From Phycisphaeraceae bacterium (GTDB lineage: Bacteria; Planctomycetota; Phycisphaerae; Phycisphaerales; Phycisphaeraceae): 64,000 nucleotides of DNA. Shown here piece by piece: positions 37,682-47,991 of this stretch. The notes beneath the pieces were generated by a model. It was not told the origin of the DNA. It worked only from the letters and a program-made list of their open reading frames with translations, and ran no database searches. Location: positions 1,888,001 to 1,952,000 of the forward strand of contig OY771506.1 of the NCBI GenBank assembly GCA_963674705.1. The letters are read 5' to 3'. Every line of letters starts with the position of its first letter. The first letter of the stretch is position 1. A program made the position numbers and the translations under genes.

Positions 37682-38479
37682 ATGCATAATACAACGCGAC
37701 ACAACCGCCTACCCAATGTGTTGAATCTTTCCCTGATTTGTGTCCTGGCGCTTGCAGTTTCGGCTTGTGCGACATCAAACAACGGAGGCCATGGTATGTG
37801 TCCATGTGAGGGTAAATGCGATGGACTTGGCGACGGCAGATGGGAAGTTGGCGAGATTATATACGAAGTCGACTTCAACAAACCGCTAAGCCAATGGCAG
37901 GCAGAACTCGAGAAGGGCGGCCGGGTTGAAGCCAACAACGGCAAGCTCGTGATCGATGTCCCCGCCGGTTGCAGCGTGTGGTTCAAGCCTGAACTGAAAG
38001 GCCCTGTCATGATTGAATACGACGCGACCGTCATCGGCAAAGGCGGTCCCAATGACCGCGTCAGCGATCTTAATTGTTTCTGGATGGCACATGATTCACG
38101 TAACAAAGACGACTTCTTCGCCGTTGAGCGTTCGGGACAATTCACGGATTACAACCAGCTCGTTTGCTACTACGTCGGTTACGGCGGCAACACCAACAGC
38201 ACCACCCGCTTCCGCCGATACATCGGCGACACCGATCGCCGACCGCTGCTGCCCGAGCACGACCTCTCCGATAAGAAGTTCATGATCGAACCCAATAGTA
38301 CGATGAAGATCCAATGCGTCGCCGCCGACGGCCGTATCGAATACTGGCGCGATGGCGAACTGATTTTCAGCTACGACGATCCCGACCCCTACACGTTTGG
38401 CCGCTTCGCTTTCCGCACCGTCACCAGCCATATCGAGATCGATAACTTCAAGGTTTATCGACTCGAGCCCAAACACTGA
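37682..38479 (+). CDS. DUF6250/YesU-like concanavalin-fold lipoprotein
   Basis: Lipobox VSAC, DVPAGCSVWF, RVSDLNCFWMA, YYVGYGGN.NSTTRFRRY and GRFAFRT. Confidence 0.8.
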   Translation: MHNTTRHNRLPNVLNLSLICVLALAVSACATSNNGGHGMCPCEGKCDGLGDGRWEVGEIIYEVDFNKPLSQWQAELEKGGRVEANNGKLVIDVPAGCSVWFKPELKGPVMIEYDATVIGKGGPNDRVSDLNCFWMAHDSRNKDDFFAVERSGQFTDYNQLVCYYVGYGGNTNSTTRFRRYIGDTDRRPLLPEHDLSDKKFMIEPNSTMKIQCVAADGRIEYWRDGELIFSYDDPDPYTFGRFAFRTVTSHIEIDNFKVYRLEPKH

Positions 38480-38494
38480 ACCCTAAGCAGGGCA

Positions 38495-39862
38495 TCAATC
38501 GTTCGGCTGGGTTTCCGACCCCCAGTAACGTGTCCAGTTGTATAGTCGCTTGGGGTGTGGCCGTTGTTTGCCCGGCTTCCTATCCACGGTCAACGATTCA
38601 TCAACCGCGAACAACTGCGCGACACCGCCGTCGGTATACGCGATGATTTGTGATTGGCCTACGCCTAACATGTCCGCCCACATGAAGTGCGCGTTGTTCA
38701 GGCTGTCAGGGAAGTGATAGACGCGCTGCATGTGCCCGTCGTACAAGCCGGGCTCCAGGTTCCCGCCACGACGATACGCAAGAAACAGATCGCGATCGTT
38801 ATTATCAAAGTGGCGCACGACCGTCGCGATCGAGCTCCAACCGGGCACTCTGCGTTTTTCTTTGTAGAGTTCCTTGCCGTGTGAATCGACGAGAAATAAA
38901 CCATCCAGACCCGGGTTCCCGCGATCGATCCGATCGAGCCCGCCGACTTCCAGACCTGGCAAGTCGGGACGGAATTCGCCGGGGAATGCGTTCTGACTTT
39001 CGACGGTTCCTTCATATGCCCAAAGTTGTTTGCCGTCACGGTTATACAGATACGAGCCGTCGCCGCCGACGAGTATCTCCATGCCGTTGCCCGGGTTCGC
39101 ATCCACATCTGCCACCCAGATCGCGTCGGCATGACCTTCCAGGTCCATCCGCCAACGTTCGCTGCCGTCCGCGTTCAGTACGTGATAACCGAAGATCAGT
39201 TCATCTTTGCCATCGCCATCAAGATCGTAAGGCCAACCATAATGCCCGATGTTTCCCTTGAAAGTAAACAGCACCTTGCCTTCACGATCCAGTGCCCAGA
39301 GCTGGTGATAACGATCTTTGACGATCAACTCATCCGGGTGATCATCGCCCGTAAGGTTGGCAATCATGATGCAGTCGTGTGCATCTTCATGTGGCAGTAG
39401 GATCGTGGTTTCCAGCTTGCCCGTTTTGCCGTCAAAGACTTTGATCTGATCGTCCATCGCTGCGAGCACTTCGAGCTGTCCATCATTATCAAAGTCATTG
39501 AGTTGACACGGGATGTCGCTGCCGCTGTGGGCACTTTCGCTGGGCGTGCCGATCTGCCAGAGTATGTTGCCCTCAAGATCGTAGGCTGTCAGCGCATTCA
39601 CACTGTGCGGATAGTACGCGTCATTAAACCCACCGTCCGGCTGCGCCATGACAAATTCATACCGCCCGTTACCAGTCAGATCGCCCAACCACATCCGGCT
39701 GCCGACACCGCCGGCGCTGATGTCGATCGTGGTCAATGGTTTCAACTCGCGGTCCGCCTGTGGCAACTGTTTTTCTGCACTTGTTTCGCTGGCGATCAGA
39801 CCACCCATGACCACACATCCAAGCGCGACAGAAAGTCCTGCGATTAGCCTGTTCCTAAGCAT
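38495..39862 (-). CDS. Secreted FG-GAP beta-propeller protein, distantly PL11 rhamnogalacturonan lyase-like
   Basis: Signal peptide and repeated DxDGDGxxE loops (GDLTGNGRYE, DFDNDGQLE, DLDGDGKDE), plus GHAD. Confidence 0.65.
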   Translation of the reverse strand: MLRNRLIAGLSVALGCVVMGGLIASETSAEKQLPQADRELKPLTTIDISAGGVGSRMWLGDLTGNGRYEFVMAQPDGGFNDAYYPHSVNALTAYDLEGNILWQIGTPSESAHSGSDIPCQLNDFDNDGQLEVLAAMDDQIKVFDGKTGKLETTILLPHEDAHDCIMIANLTGDDHPDELIVKDRYHQLWALDREGKVLFTFKGNIGHYGWPYDLDGDGKDELIFGYHVLNADGSERWRMDLEGHADAIWVADVDANPGNGMEILVGGDGSYLYNRDGKQLWAYEGTVESQNAFPGEFRPDLPGLEVGGLDRIDRGNPGLDGLFLVDSHGKELYKEKRRVPGWSSIATVVRHFDNNDRDLFLAYRRGGNLEPGLYDGHMQRVYHFPDSLNNAHFMWADMLGVGQSQIIAYTDGGVAQLFAVDESLTVDRKPGKQRPHPKRLYNWTRYWGSETQPND

Positions 39863-39907
39863 AATTCACCTTCAGGAGGGATGCTGATTGTTAAACGGAT
39901 GTAAACA

Positions 39908-41248
39908 TCAATCGCCCGTCGGCTTCTCTTCGATCGGCTTGATATACGATAAGGGCACATCAACCTGATCGGGCAGCGGCGGATTCGCCGGATCGAACGC
40001 CGGTAAATCATCTGCCAAGTCGCTTGCCAACGGCAAATCCAAGTCTTTGATCCCTTCCACCACACAGCGCGCTAACACATACGCGCCGTAGTTGTTGTGA
40101 TGCGTGTCATCCTTCAGACGCTTGTCCTGGCCCGGGAATGTCCCGGCCGGGTAATGCACGAACGCCGCCTTCGATCGTTCGGGGCCAAGCGCTTCATAAA
40201 ACGCTCGGCTCATCACCTGTAGATCGATCAACGCAACACCTTCCTGCTCTGCAAGCTGATGCATTGCTTCGGGGTAGTCGCCGAACGTCTGTTGGATCGT
40301 GCCATCCTTATTAAACCAGCGTCGATGCATCGACGTCACCAGCACGGGCGTTGCGCCGCGTTCACGGATCGCTTTGATAAACGCCCGTAACCCTTTCTGA
40401 TAATTCTGGAACGGCCCCATCCCCTCGCCTTTTTCTTTCATATCGTTGTGGCCGAACTGCATGAATACATAATCACCCGCCTTGAGTGTGCTCATGATCT
40501 TTTCAAACCGGCGCTCCGCGGTGAAGCTGCTCACCGCCCGCCCCGACTCCGCATGGTTCGCCACCACGACGCCCGGCTTGAAAAACACCGGCAGCATCTG
40601 CCCCCAGCCCGCCCAGGGTTCACCAAGCTGATCCACCACCGTCGAATCCCCCGCAAGGTAAACCGTCACCGCATCCGGGTCCGGCTCGATCTCGATCGCG
40701 CTGACCGCCGGCGCATCACCCAGAAACTCCAGCGTCAGCCGATCGTCCCACGTCCGCGTGCCCACCTCGCGCTTGGTGATCCTTACCTCGCCGCCATCCG
40801 GCAATGCAGGCGTGCGTACATTCACGCCGAATTCAACCCACTTCGTTTCACCCGCTTTCAGCTTCTGTGGCCGAACCACATAACGACGCAGTTCCGCCTT
40901 GATCGACGTCGCCGATTCAGCATCCTCTCGACCTACCAACACACGAACGCGGTAATCCCCCTCCGCCGCACGCACTGAAAACAGGAAAGGCCCGTCCGCG
41001 GTCACGCCGCCGTTCAGTTCTGCTCCATCATACGACACCGGCCTGTTGCCGCCATCAAACCCGTACGCCTGAACTTCACCATACACAACAGATGTGTCGA
41101 CACCGAAATAACCATCCACTGATGGCTGGTCACCCAGATCAAAGCGCATCTGCGTATCGCTTGTGCAAGCTGTTGTTGTAATGCAGAATGTCATCAATAA
41201 GATCACGAACACGCATTTTGTCGTGGTCATGGCTATTCTCTCAAACAT
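39908..41248 (-). CDS. Rhamnogalacturonan acetylesterase (CE12, SGNH hydrolase)
   Basis: YLAGDSTV, GWGQ, NHAESG, QFGHND and DDTH...YGA catalytic blocks. N-terminal beta-sandwich domain and probable lipobox TTAC. Confidence 0.92.
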   Translation of the reverse strand: MFERIAMTTTKCVFVILLMTFCITTTACTSDTQMRFDLGDQPSVDGYFGVDTSVVYGEVQAYGFDGGNRPVSYDGAELNGGVTADGPFLFSVRAAEGDYRVRVLVGREDAESATSIKAELRRYVVRPQKLKAGETKWVEFGVNVRTPALPDGGEVRITKREVGTRTWDDRLTLEFLGDAPAVSAIEIEPDPDAVTVYLAGDSTVVDQLGEPWAGWGQMLPVFFKPGVVVANHAESGRAVSSFTAERRFEKIMSTLKAGDYVFMQFGHNDMKEKGEGMGPFQNYQKGLRAFIKAIRERGATPVLVTSMHRRWFNKDGTIQQTFGDYPEAMHQLAEQEGVALIDLQVMSRAFYEALGPERSKAAFVHYPAGTFPGQDKRLKDDTHHNNYGAYVLARCVVEGIKDLDLPLASDLADDLPAFDPANPPLPDQVDVPLSYIKPIEEKPTGD

Positions 41249-41266
41249 TGTTAGTCTTATGTTGAC

Positions 41267-42358
41267 TCACGCGCCGCCTTCCACCCACTCCGCCGCGAGT
41301 TGCGCTTTAACACACAACTCCGCCACTTTCAGCGCGTGTTGTTGCGTCATCGCTGTTTCCGTACGGTCGATACAGTCGCGGATCAGTTGCCCGAAGTAAG
41401 GCTTGCCGACCTTGCCTTTCACATCGATGCGCCGCTCGCCCTCGCCGTTCACGATAAACACGTGATCGCCCTTGCCTTCATCCGCGATGTTGGTGTACTT
41501 GCGTGCTTCGATATAACCTTCCGTTCCGATCACAAACGTCCGCCCGTCGCCCCACGTGCCCAGTCCGTCAGGCGTAAACCAGTCGAGGCGGAAGTACATC
41601 GTCGCGCCGTTGTCGCCAACCAGCGTGCAATCGCCGAAGTCCTGCAGCTCGGGATAATCCGGATGGTTATAGTTCGCGACCTTGGCGTGCAGCACCCTTG
41701 CATCTTTCGCGCCGCTGTATTGCAAAAACTGTTCGATCTGGTGCGAACCGATATCGCAGAGGATCCCGCCGTACTTTTCTAATTGGTAGAACCAGTCAGG
41801 CCGCGACTTCGGATCACCGATCCGGTGAGGCCCAAACCCCGTCACCTGTATCACACGCCCGATCGCGCCGCGCTCAATCAGTCGACCCAGATAGATCCCC
41901 GCTTCCGAATCAAGCCTTTCGGAGTAATAGACCATGTACTTGCGGCCGGTCTTTTTCACCGCTTCCCACACCGCATCCAACTGCTCGAGCGTGGTCAACG
42001 GCCCCTTATCGACAAAGTAATCCTTCCCCGCTTCCATACATCGCACGCCCAGTGCCGCGCGCTGATCCGGGATGCATGCTGAAGCAACCAGCTTGACATC
42101 GTCATCATTCAGGATCGTCCCGAGGTCCGTCACATGCTGCGCCCCGTTCTCTGCAGCGAGCTTGGCAGCTTTATCCGGATCGGTATCGCAATGAACATAC
42201 TTAAGCGTCGCGCCGGCCTTGATCAGCCCGGCAGCCTGGCCGTAGATATGCCCGTGGTCCATCCCCGATACCGCAAAGCAGAATTCGCCCGGCTCAACGA
42301 CAGGCTCCGGCATCGGTTCAAACGCTTCCGCGATGATGTCATCCAGTTTCACAAACAC
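41267..42358 (-). CDS. Gfo/Idh/MocA oxidoreductase
   Basis: GMDHGHIYG, GKDYFVDKG, GGILCDIGSHQ and DWFTPDGL.TWGDGR. Confidence 0.9.
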   Translation of the reverse strand: MFVKLDDIIAEAFEPMPEPVVEPGEFCFAVSGMDHGHIYGQAAGLIKAGATLKYVHCDTDPDKAAKLAAENGAQHVTDLGTILNDDDVKLVASACIPDQRAALGVRCMEAGKDYFVDKGPLTTLEQLDAVWEAVKKTGRKYMVYYSERLDSEAGIYLGRLIERGAIGRVIQVTGFGPHRIGDPKSRPDWFYQLEKYGGILCDIGSHQIEQFLQYSGAKDARVLHAKVANYNHPDYPELQDFGDCTLVGDNGATMYFRLDWFTPDGLGTWGDGRTFVIGTEGYIEARKYTNIADEGKGDHVFIVNGEGERRIDVKGKVGKPYFGQLIRDCIDRTETAMTQQHALKVAELCVKAQLAAEWVEGGA

Positions 42359-42403
42359 GCCTTTTCATTTTTAGTGTGTGCTAGCTTTACAAACCATTAC
42401 ATG

Positions 42404-44860
42404 TTATTCGGCATTCGCCTTGGCGTTCTCTTCTGCGTACCTCAGGCTGAACAACGTGAGCCCCTTGGTTTCCTTTGCCTCGCCCGGCAGGATCAGGCTC
42501 ATAATTGTACCCACGCTGATCGTGACGATAGGCCCGATCACGATGTAAAGCCAGAACGTGATATCGCTGAAGTTCTTAAGCAGGATGATCGTCGCCATCC
42601 CCGCGGCCGCGCCGATCAACGCGCCAACTTCATGCGTCTTGCGCGTCAGCAAGCCCAGCATGAACAGGCCCAGCACACTGCTGCTGATCAGGCCCGTCAC
42701 CATGATCGCCAGGTCCCACACCGACTTCACATCTTCGATCCCCGCCAGCACCATCGCCGCGATCGTGCCGGATGCTCCTACCACAGCCGTCAGGATCCTG
42801 CCGAGGATCAGGCACTGATGGTCCGTTGCGTCGGCCTTGAACCTGCGATAGAAGTCGTTCGTCCCGAGGTCCGACACCGCGCAGATGCTCGAAGACACGG
42901 TCGACATCGTCGCCGCCAGCAGCGCCGCCACCACGATCCCCGACACACCGATCGGTAATTGCTGCGCTGCGAAGAACGGGAACACGCCGTCGTTATTAAC
43001 AATCGTCGGGCTCAACGAATCCGGATGCGCCCGATAGAAAAGCCACAACGCCGTGCCCAGCGAGAACAGCAGGATATTGATCGGCACCGCCACCGCCATC
43101 TGCATCGCCACCGCCATCTTTGTCTGCTTCAGGTCGGGCGTACTTTGCACACGCTGTACAAAGTTCTGATCCGAGATCCCGCCGAACGTCAGGAACAACG
43201 TATGCACCATAAAGATAAACGTCGTCGGCCCGATCCATATCTTGAGCAGATTCCGTTCTTCGGAAGTAACCTCCGGGAAGTCGAACATGTGGAACTTGTC
43301 ATACGATTGTGCCGTGCTCCACATCTCGTTGATCGGCATATCCAGTTTAATAAGCGCCAGGATCAAACACCCCACAACGGTTGTCACCATGACAAAACCC
43401 TGGATCGTATCCGTCCAGATCACCGCTTCCAACCCGCCGAGGTAGGTGTAAATCGTCGTGACGACTCCCATAACAATGATTGCAGTCATGATGTCCATAT
43501 CCGTGATCGCTTCGAGCGCGATCGCCGAGAGCAGCATAACCGAAGCGATACGCGACGCGACTTGCGTGAACATGAAGATAGTGCTGGCAAACAGTCGCGA
43601 TGTCACGCCGAACCGACGCTCCAGGTATTCATTTGCCGTGGAGATGTTCAGCTTTCGCACGAGCGGCGCCATGATAAAGATACCGATCGGCAGGCACAGT
43701 GCAGAACAGATACTGATCGTGAAGTATGTCCAGTCCGTGCCGAAGCCCATGCCCGGCATGCCCGCGAGGCTGATCGCCGACGCGCCGGTGGCAAACAGCG
43801 ACATACCCGCCGCCCACCACGGGATGCGTTGCCCGCCCCGGAAAAAGTCGTTCGAACTGTTTTCGCGTTTCGTGAAGTACCAGCCGACACCGACCATCCC
43901 GAGCAGGTAAGCCGCCACCACGGCGTTGTCGAGCCAGCCGTAGTTGGTTTTCAACTGCGCGGGCTTGATAAGCTTTGTATCATCCGGATCGATCAGGATC
44001 GCGCGCCCGTCAAGCAGAGCGACCGCCGGTGAGGTGCTCAGTTTAACATCGAGTTGACCAAGCGTGATCCATGTGTCGGTAATTGCGTGGTAGGCAAATA
44101 CCTCGCCCCTATCACCACCCGGTAACTGTTTGAAAAAGAGGATATGCGACAAGCCAAACGGCACACTGGCGGGATGTGCCGGCCAAACCTCGGGCGGCGC
44201 GATTGGTTTCCATGCTTTCACATCCGCATTGTGTTGTGGATCATAACGGAACGCCGCGTAACCATCCTCCGCTTTCCCGATCAGGTAAAGCTTCTTTTGA
44301 AGGCTGACCAATGCGGGTTGTGTAACACTTCTACTTAGCGTTGCCGACAGCGGCTGCCATGTTTTGTCGCCCGGCTTATAGGTCCATACTTTCGCCCCGT
44401 CGGTCAGATAAATCTTGGAATCGATGGTCGCCGCTGCAAGCATGTTCGATGCGACCGGCGCATCAGGCTGCTTAACTTCTTCCAGTTCCAGCGCGATCGT
44501 GTTCCACCGCACAAGTGTTACCGTGCTGGATGGTTCATCGTCCGCCACGCCGCCGATGCAGTACACGCCATCGGTCGTTCCGACTACCGACGCTGGAATC
44601 CTGCCGTCTTCTAAAGAGCCCGCCTTCGTCCAATTGCTGCGGTCCGCGTTCATGACGTAGACCGATTCGCCTGCAAAGACCAGCACCTGCTCATCGCTTA
44701 CACCGACCTTCAGAACAAGATCCTCACCCGCCTCAACAGGTAACGCCGGCAATGATTCGATCTCAAACGCAGCATCACCCGCTGCCCGAGCCTGGATCGC
44801 AAACAACATCAACACCAGCAGACAACCCAGCCACTTCGCTCGCATCGAATGTGTCCTCAC
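42404..44860 (-). CDS. Sodium:solute symporter with N-terminal periplasmic Kelch-repeat domain
   Basis: Signal peptide and Kelch-like repeats (VYCIGG, LYLIG, YHAITDTW), followed by an SSF core (FFRGGQRIPWW, EYLERRFG, GGLEAVIWTD, DQNFVQR, AATMST.SS). Confidence 0.92.
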   Translation of the reverse strand: MRTHSMRAKWLGCLLVLMLFAIQARAAGDAAFEIESLPALPVEAGEDLVLKVGVSDEQVLVFAGESVYVMNADRSNWTKAGSLEDGRIPASVVGTTDGVYCIGGVADDEPSSTVTLVRWNTIALELEEVKQPDAPVASNMLAAATIDSKIYLTDGAKVWTYKPGDKTWQPLSATLSRSVTQPALVSLQKKLYLIGKAEDGYAAFRYDPQHNADVKAWKPIAPPEVWPAHPASVPFGLSHILFFKQLPGGDRGEVFAYHAITDTWITLGQLDVKLSTSPAVALLDGRAILIDPDDTKLIKPAQLKTNYGWLDNAVVAAYLLGMVGVGWYFTKRENSSNDFFRGGQRIPWWAAGMSLFATGASAISLAGMPGMGFGTDWTYFTISICSALCLPIGIFIMAPLVRKLNISTANEYLERRFGVTSRLFASTIFMFTQVASRIASVMLLSAIALEAITDMDIMTAIIVMGVVTTIYTYLGGLEAVIWTDTIQGFVMVTTVVGCLILALIKLDMPINEMWSTAQSYDKFHMFDFPEVTSEERNLLKIWIGPTTFIFMVHTLFLTFGGISDQNFVQRVQSTPDLKQTKMAVAMQMAVAVPINILLFSLGTALWLFYRAHPDSLSPTIVNNDGVFPFFAAQQLPIGVSGIVVAALLAATMSTVSSSICAVSDLGTNDFYRRFKADATDHQCLILGRILTAVVGASGTIAAMVLAGIEDVKSVWDLAIMVTGLISSSVLGLFMLGLLTRKTHEVGALIGAAAGMATIILLKNFSDITFWLYIVIGPIVTISVGTIMSLILPGEAKETKGLTLFSLRYAEENAKANAE

Positions 44861-44887
44861 AAGTGATCTAAAATAGATCCGTACGTT

Positions 44888-47701
44888 TTACCGCATGCCC
44901 TTTTCTACGCGCGGATCGTTCGGGGGTAAAGCATCACCCACCAGTTCCAGATCCTGGATCGCTGCAAGCCCCCATTGCGCCGCATCGTTCGTGCCCATCC
45001 AGGGTGTTTCTTCCACCGGGTTCAGGCTGTCCACTCCGGAGAACGTATTACGCTCAAACGTCCACCGCGACCTTGCCCAGCTATCATCTTTAAAGAAGTC
45101 GTTCCACGCTCGCTTGGCAAGTTCAGGGTCTTTCAACTTCCACGCGGCATACGCGGTCAATCGCGAGTGCCCGTTGATCAGAATGCCCGTACGGAAGTCG
45201 AGGCCGATATCTTCCTTGCGCTTGCCACGATCTTCTGAGTAATACTTGCAGTACATCAGCCAGTTCTTCTCAAAGCCCGGCACATCAAAGTTCTGGATAA
45301 GCTCTGCGCAGATCTCCATCAGCCCGAACACAGCCGACAGGTGCGACATGCCCCCAACGCTCGGATCCTTGTTCCATTCAACATACTTGCCCGTTTCAGG
45401 ATCAAATAATGGCCCGGCTGTGAACCAACCAAGCTGCATCTGTCCGATCGTTTCCATGCTGTTTAACAGCTTCTGCTTGATCGCCTCATCGCCCGTGCGC
45501 TCCCAATGCGTGAACCACGCCATAGAAAGCCCGCTGAAGTCCGTGCCCATCCCGACCGACAGCGCGTGCGGCTTCGGCTCATAAGGCTCCGTCCTTATCT
45601 TGCGGATCGGGTCCAGCCCGAGGAATGTCTTCTCGCTGTCGATCTGTTCATCCATCAGATCGCCCGTGCGTTCGTCGGCGGTGAGGTAGTAATAGAACCG
45701 ACGATACGCCACCGTGCTGATGCGCAACTGCTTCGCGCTGCAGCCCCAGTGCTGGACGTTATGCCTTGTGCCCAGGCCTTCAAATCGGCCGAGGTGATAT
45801 ACGTCGACTTCGCCCGTATGCCGACACATCGCCTCGGCAAAACGGAACACATCCGCCCGCCCTGTTCGGATCGCGAAATACCAAAGCCACAGGTCCGGCG
45901 ACAACTCCGAGTTGTCCCACGCATACCCGCCCACGTCATACCGCCACATGTGACGATCCGGGTCATATGAATGCATCACGTCGCCGTAATCCCAGAAGCC
46001 GTACCAGCGACGCTGCTCGCGTTGTGTTTTATATGAATCAAACACGAAGTCCAGGTTTTCTTCAATTGCTTTCTTTGCAAGCGTCGAACGATCAGGCAGC
46101 GACCAGATCGGCCCGAACACCTGCGCCCGATGCAGCGACTGCGGCGAAGCTGCCAATAACGGCGGTGTCATCACGTCCATCGCAAAGTCGACGATCTGCT
46201 GGTTCTCAGGCGTCGCTTCGGTTACCCATAAGTTGAACTCCGTCGTCCGCGCAATACCATGCGGTGTCCCGAAGCCCGGCTCGTAATCTTCATACGTGAT
46301 GTTCAGCGCATCGAGTTGCTTCTCGTGCGTGTCCTGGCCCATCCCGTCGTGATAGAAACGCAGGTCCATCGCTTTTGCCTGCGGCGACCACATCCACATC
46401 GTCACGGTCGCGCTGTCCGTTGCTGCATCACGGATGTCGATCTGCGATGGGTAGCGTTGCCAGAAGTCGCGCTGCCCGAAGACGACGCCGCCTGTTACCC
46501 CGCCGACATAGCCCACGCCCGCGGCGCGCGTCCCGCCATCGGATCGTATCCAGCCGCACCCCGGCTTCGTCCGCTTGTGAATGATGAATCCATCCGATGA
46601 TAGCTGGCTTAGTGTCAGGTCGCCCCAATCCGGAATCCAATGCAACCGGCTCGTTACGCGCGAGTCCCACGTCGATTCCTCCGGCAGCTTCTTACCGAGC
46701 GGCTGCAAGCGACGCACCTCTGCGCCCGGATCGCGACGCAAGCCCGTGATGCCCTTCACTGCTTCAGACCACAAGCCGCCATCTGCGCTGACGAAACGGG
46801 TGTGACGGTTATACAGTTCATCCCGCATCGGTACCTGGAATTGCAAACCGAGCCCGCGAATAAAGTCTTTGTATTCATCGCCATCAAAGATGAAGCTGTG
46901 CATCACACGCACGTGCTCGCTGCCCGCGTAGAAGTACAAGCGAACGCTGAACGGTAACCACTCCCGTTTGCCATTCACATCGCGATGCATCCCATCGATC
47001 TTCACCACCGCACGCACCGGGCCGGTCTGTTCGACCGTGACCTTCTCGATCCGGCTTTCATATTCCGTGACCTTCAGCTCAGCGCCCTCGTTCGGCTCGC
47101 TCGGTTGGTCCTGACTCATCGCAACCAGCTTCGCGCTTATCAGTGTTGGCTTGCCAGCACGCTCGATGCTTTCGATCAGGTTCACGCCTTCATTCGGCAG
47201 CGTGCAGCGTAGCGGCCCGGTATTCACAACGACAGCGTCGCCTTTTTCTTCCACACTCACTGCCGTACCGGGTTGGGTTGGTTTTACCCCCGCTCGCACC
47301 GCCAGCACCTTCGCGCCCTTGTCGCGCGGCGCCGCCGCATGCCCGGACCACTTCACCGACCCGTCCGGCCAACGCGCGAGCATCCAGCTCTGGCTTGGTA
47401 GCTGTTCGCCGCTGTCATCGAAGATCGCAAAGTCGCTGTCCGCCTTCACCCGTCCCTTCGGCCAGGCGACGCCCCACGTCACGCCCATCACAGCCGAGCG
47501 GTCCTGCCCGTCGAGCCAGCGCAGCGGAATGCCATCCACCTTCGGTTCATCTGTTTCCCCGGGCACTGGCGGCGCAACCGGCACCGGGTCCGAGGCCCCA
47601 TTGGCTTTGCCCATCGTGGCCGCCGCCGCCGGCAGGGCGATGCCCGTCATCGCGGCATGGGATAAAAAAGTCCGACGTGTCAGGTGAGGAAGGGGGCTCA
47701 T
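44888..47701 (-). CDS. Tat-exported exo-rhamnogalacturonan lyase (PL26, YetA-like)
   Basis: TRRTFL Tat motif, LARWPDGSVKW, WYGFWDYGDVMH.YD..RH.WRYDVGGYAWDNSE, LGTRHNVQHWG and TNDAAQW. Confidence 0.88.
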   Translation of the reverse strand: MSPLPHLTRRTFLSHAAMTGIALPAAAATMGKANGASDPVPVAPPVPGETDEPKVDGIPLRWLDGQDRSAVMGVTWGVAWPKGRVKADSDFAIFDDSGEQLPSQSWMLARWPDGSVKWSGHAAAPRDKGAKVLAVRAGVKPTQPGTAVSVEEKGDAVVVNTGPLRCTLPNEGVNLIESIERAGKPTLISAKLVAMSQDQPSEPNEGAELKVTEYESRIEKVTVEQTGPVRAVVKIDGMHRDVNGKREWLPFSVRLYFYAGSEHVRVMHSFIFDGDEYKDFIRGLGLQFQVPMRDELYNRHTRFVSADGGLWSEAVKGITGLRRDPGAEVRRLQPLGKKLPEESTWDSRVTSRLHWIPDWGDLTLSQLSSDGFIIHKRTKPGCGWIRSDGGTRAAGVGYVGGVTGGVVFGQRDFWQRYPSQIDIRDAATDSATVTMWMWSPQAKAMDLRFYHDGMGQDTHEKQLDALNITYEDYEPGFGTPHGIARTTEFNLWVTEATPENQQIVDFAMDVMTPPLLAASPQSLHRAQVFGPIWSLPDRSTLAKKAIEENLDFVFDSYKTQREQRRWYGFWDYGDVMHSYDPDRHMWRYDVGGYAWDNSELSPDLWLWYFAIRTGRADVFRFAEAMCRHTGEVDVYHLGRFEGLGTRHNVQHWGCSAKQLRISTVAYRRFYYYLTADERTGDLMDEQIDSEKTFLGLDPIRKIRTEPYEPKPHALSVGMGTDFSGLSMAWFTHWERTGDEAIKQKLLNSMETIGQMQLGWFTAGPLFDPETGKYVEWNKDPSVGGMSHLSAVFGLMEICAELIQNFDVPGFEKNWLMYCKYYSEDRGKRKEDIGLDFRTGILINGHSRLTAYAAWKLKDPELAKRAWNDFFKDDSWARSRWTFERNTFSGVDSLNPVEETPWMGTNDAAQWGLAAIQDLELVGDALPPNDPRVEKGMR

Positions 47702-47991
47702 TGTAAGTACCTGAAAATGATTAAATTAGATATCCAAATACGAATACGTCGAGCTGATTTTTAATAGCTAATCTTTGATTATATCTCGGTTTAAGATAAA
47801 ATGCCATAGTGCGCCATTTGGAGGATAACTTCTGTCTCAGAAACAGCTCTACGGCGATGGGTCGTAGCAAGATTGCGATAATGAGGAACTAAAAAAATGC
47901 ACCCGCTGATCGCGGTTCACCGCCTCAACTGTGACCCGATCATGCCAACTTAGATCAAACCTGAATTGCCCGGTTTAACACAGAGCCCACC

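Noticed and set aside
42134..44032. Plus-strand ORFs of 274 aa and 357 aa
   Set aside because: Antisense shadows of the SSS transporter and oxidoreductase genes.
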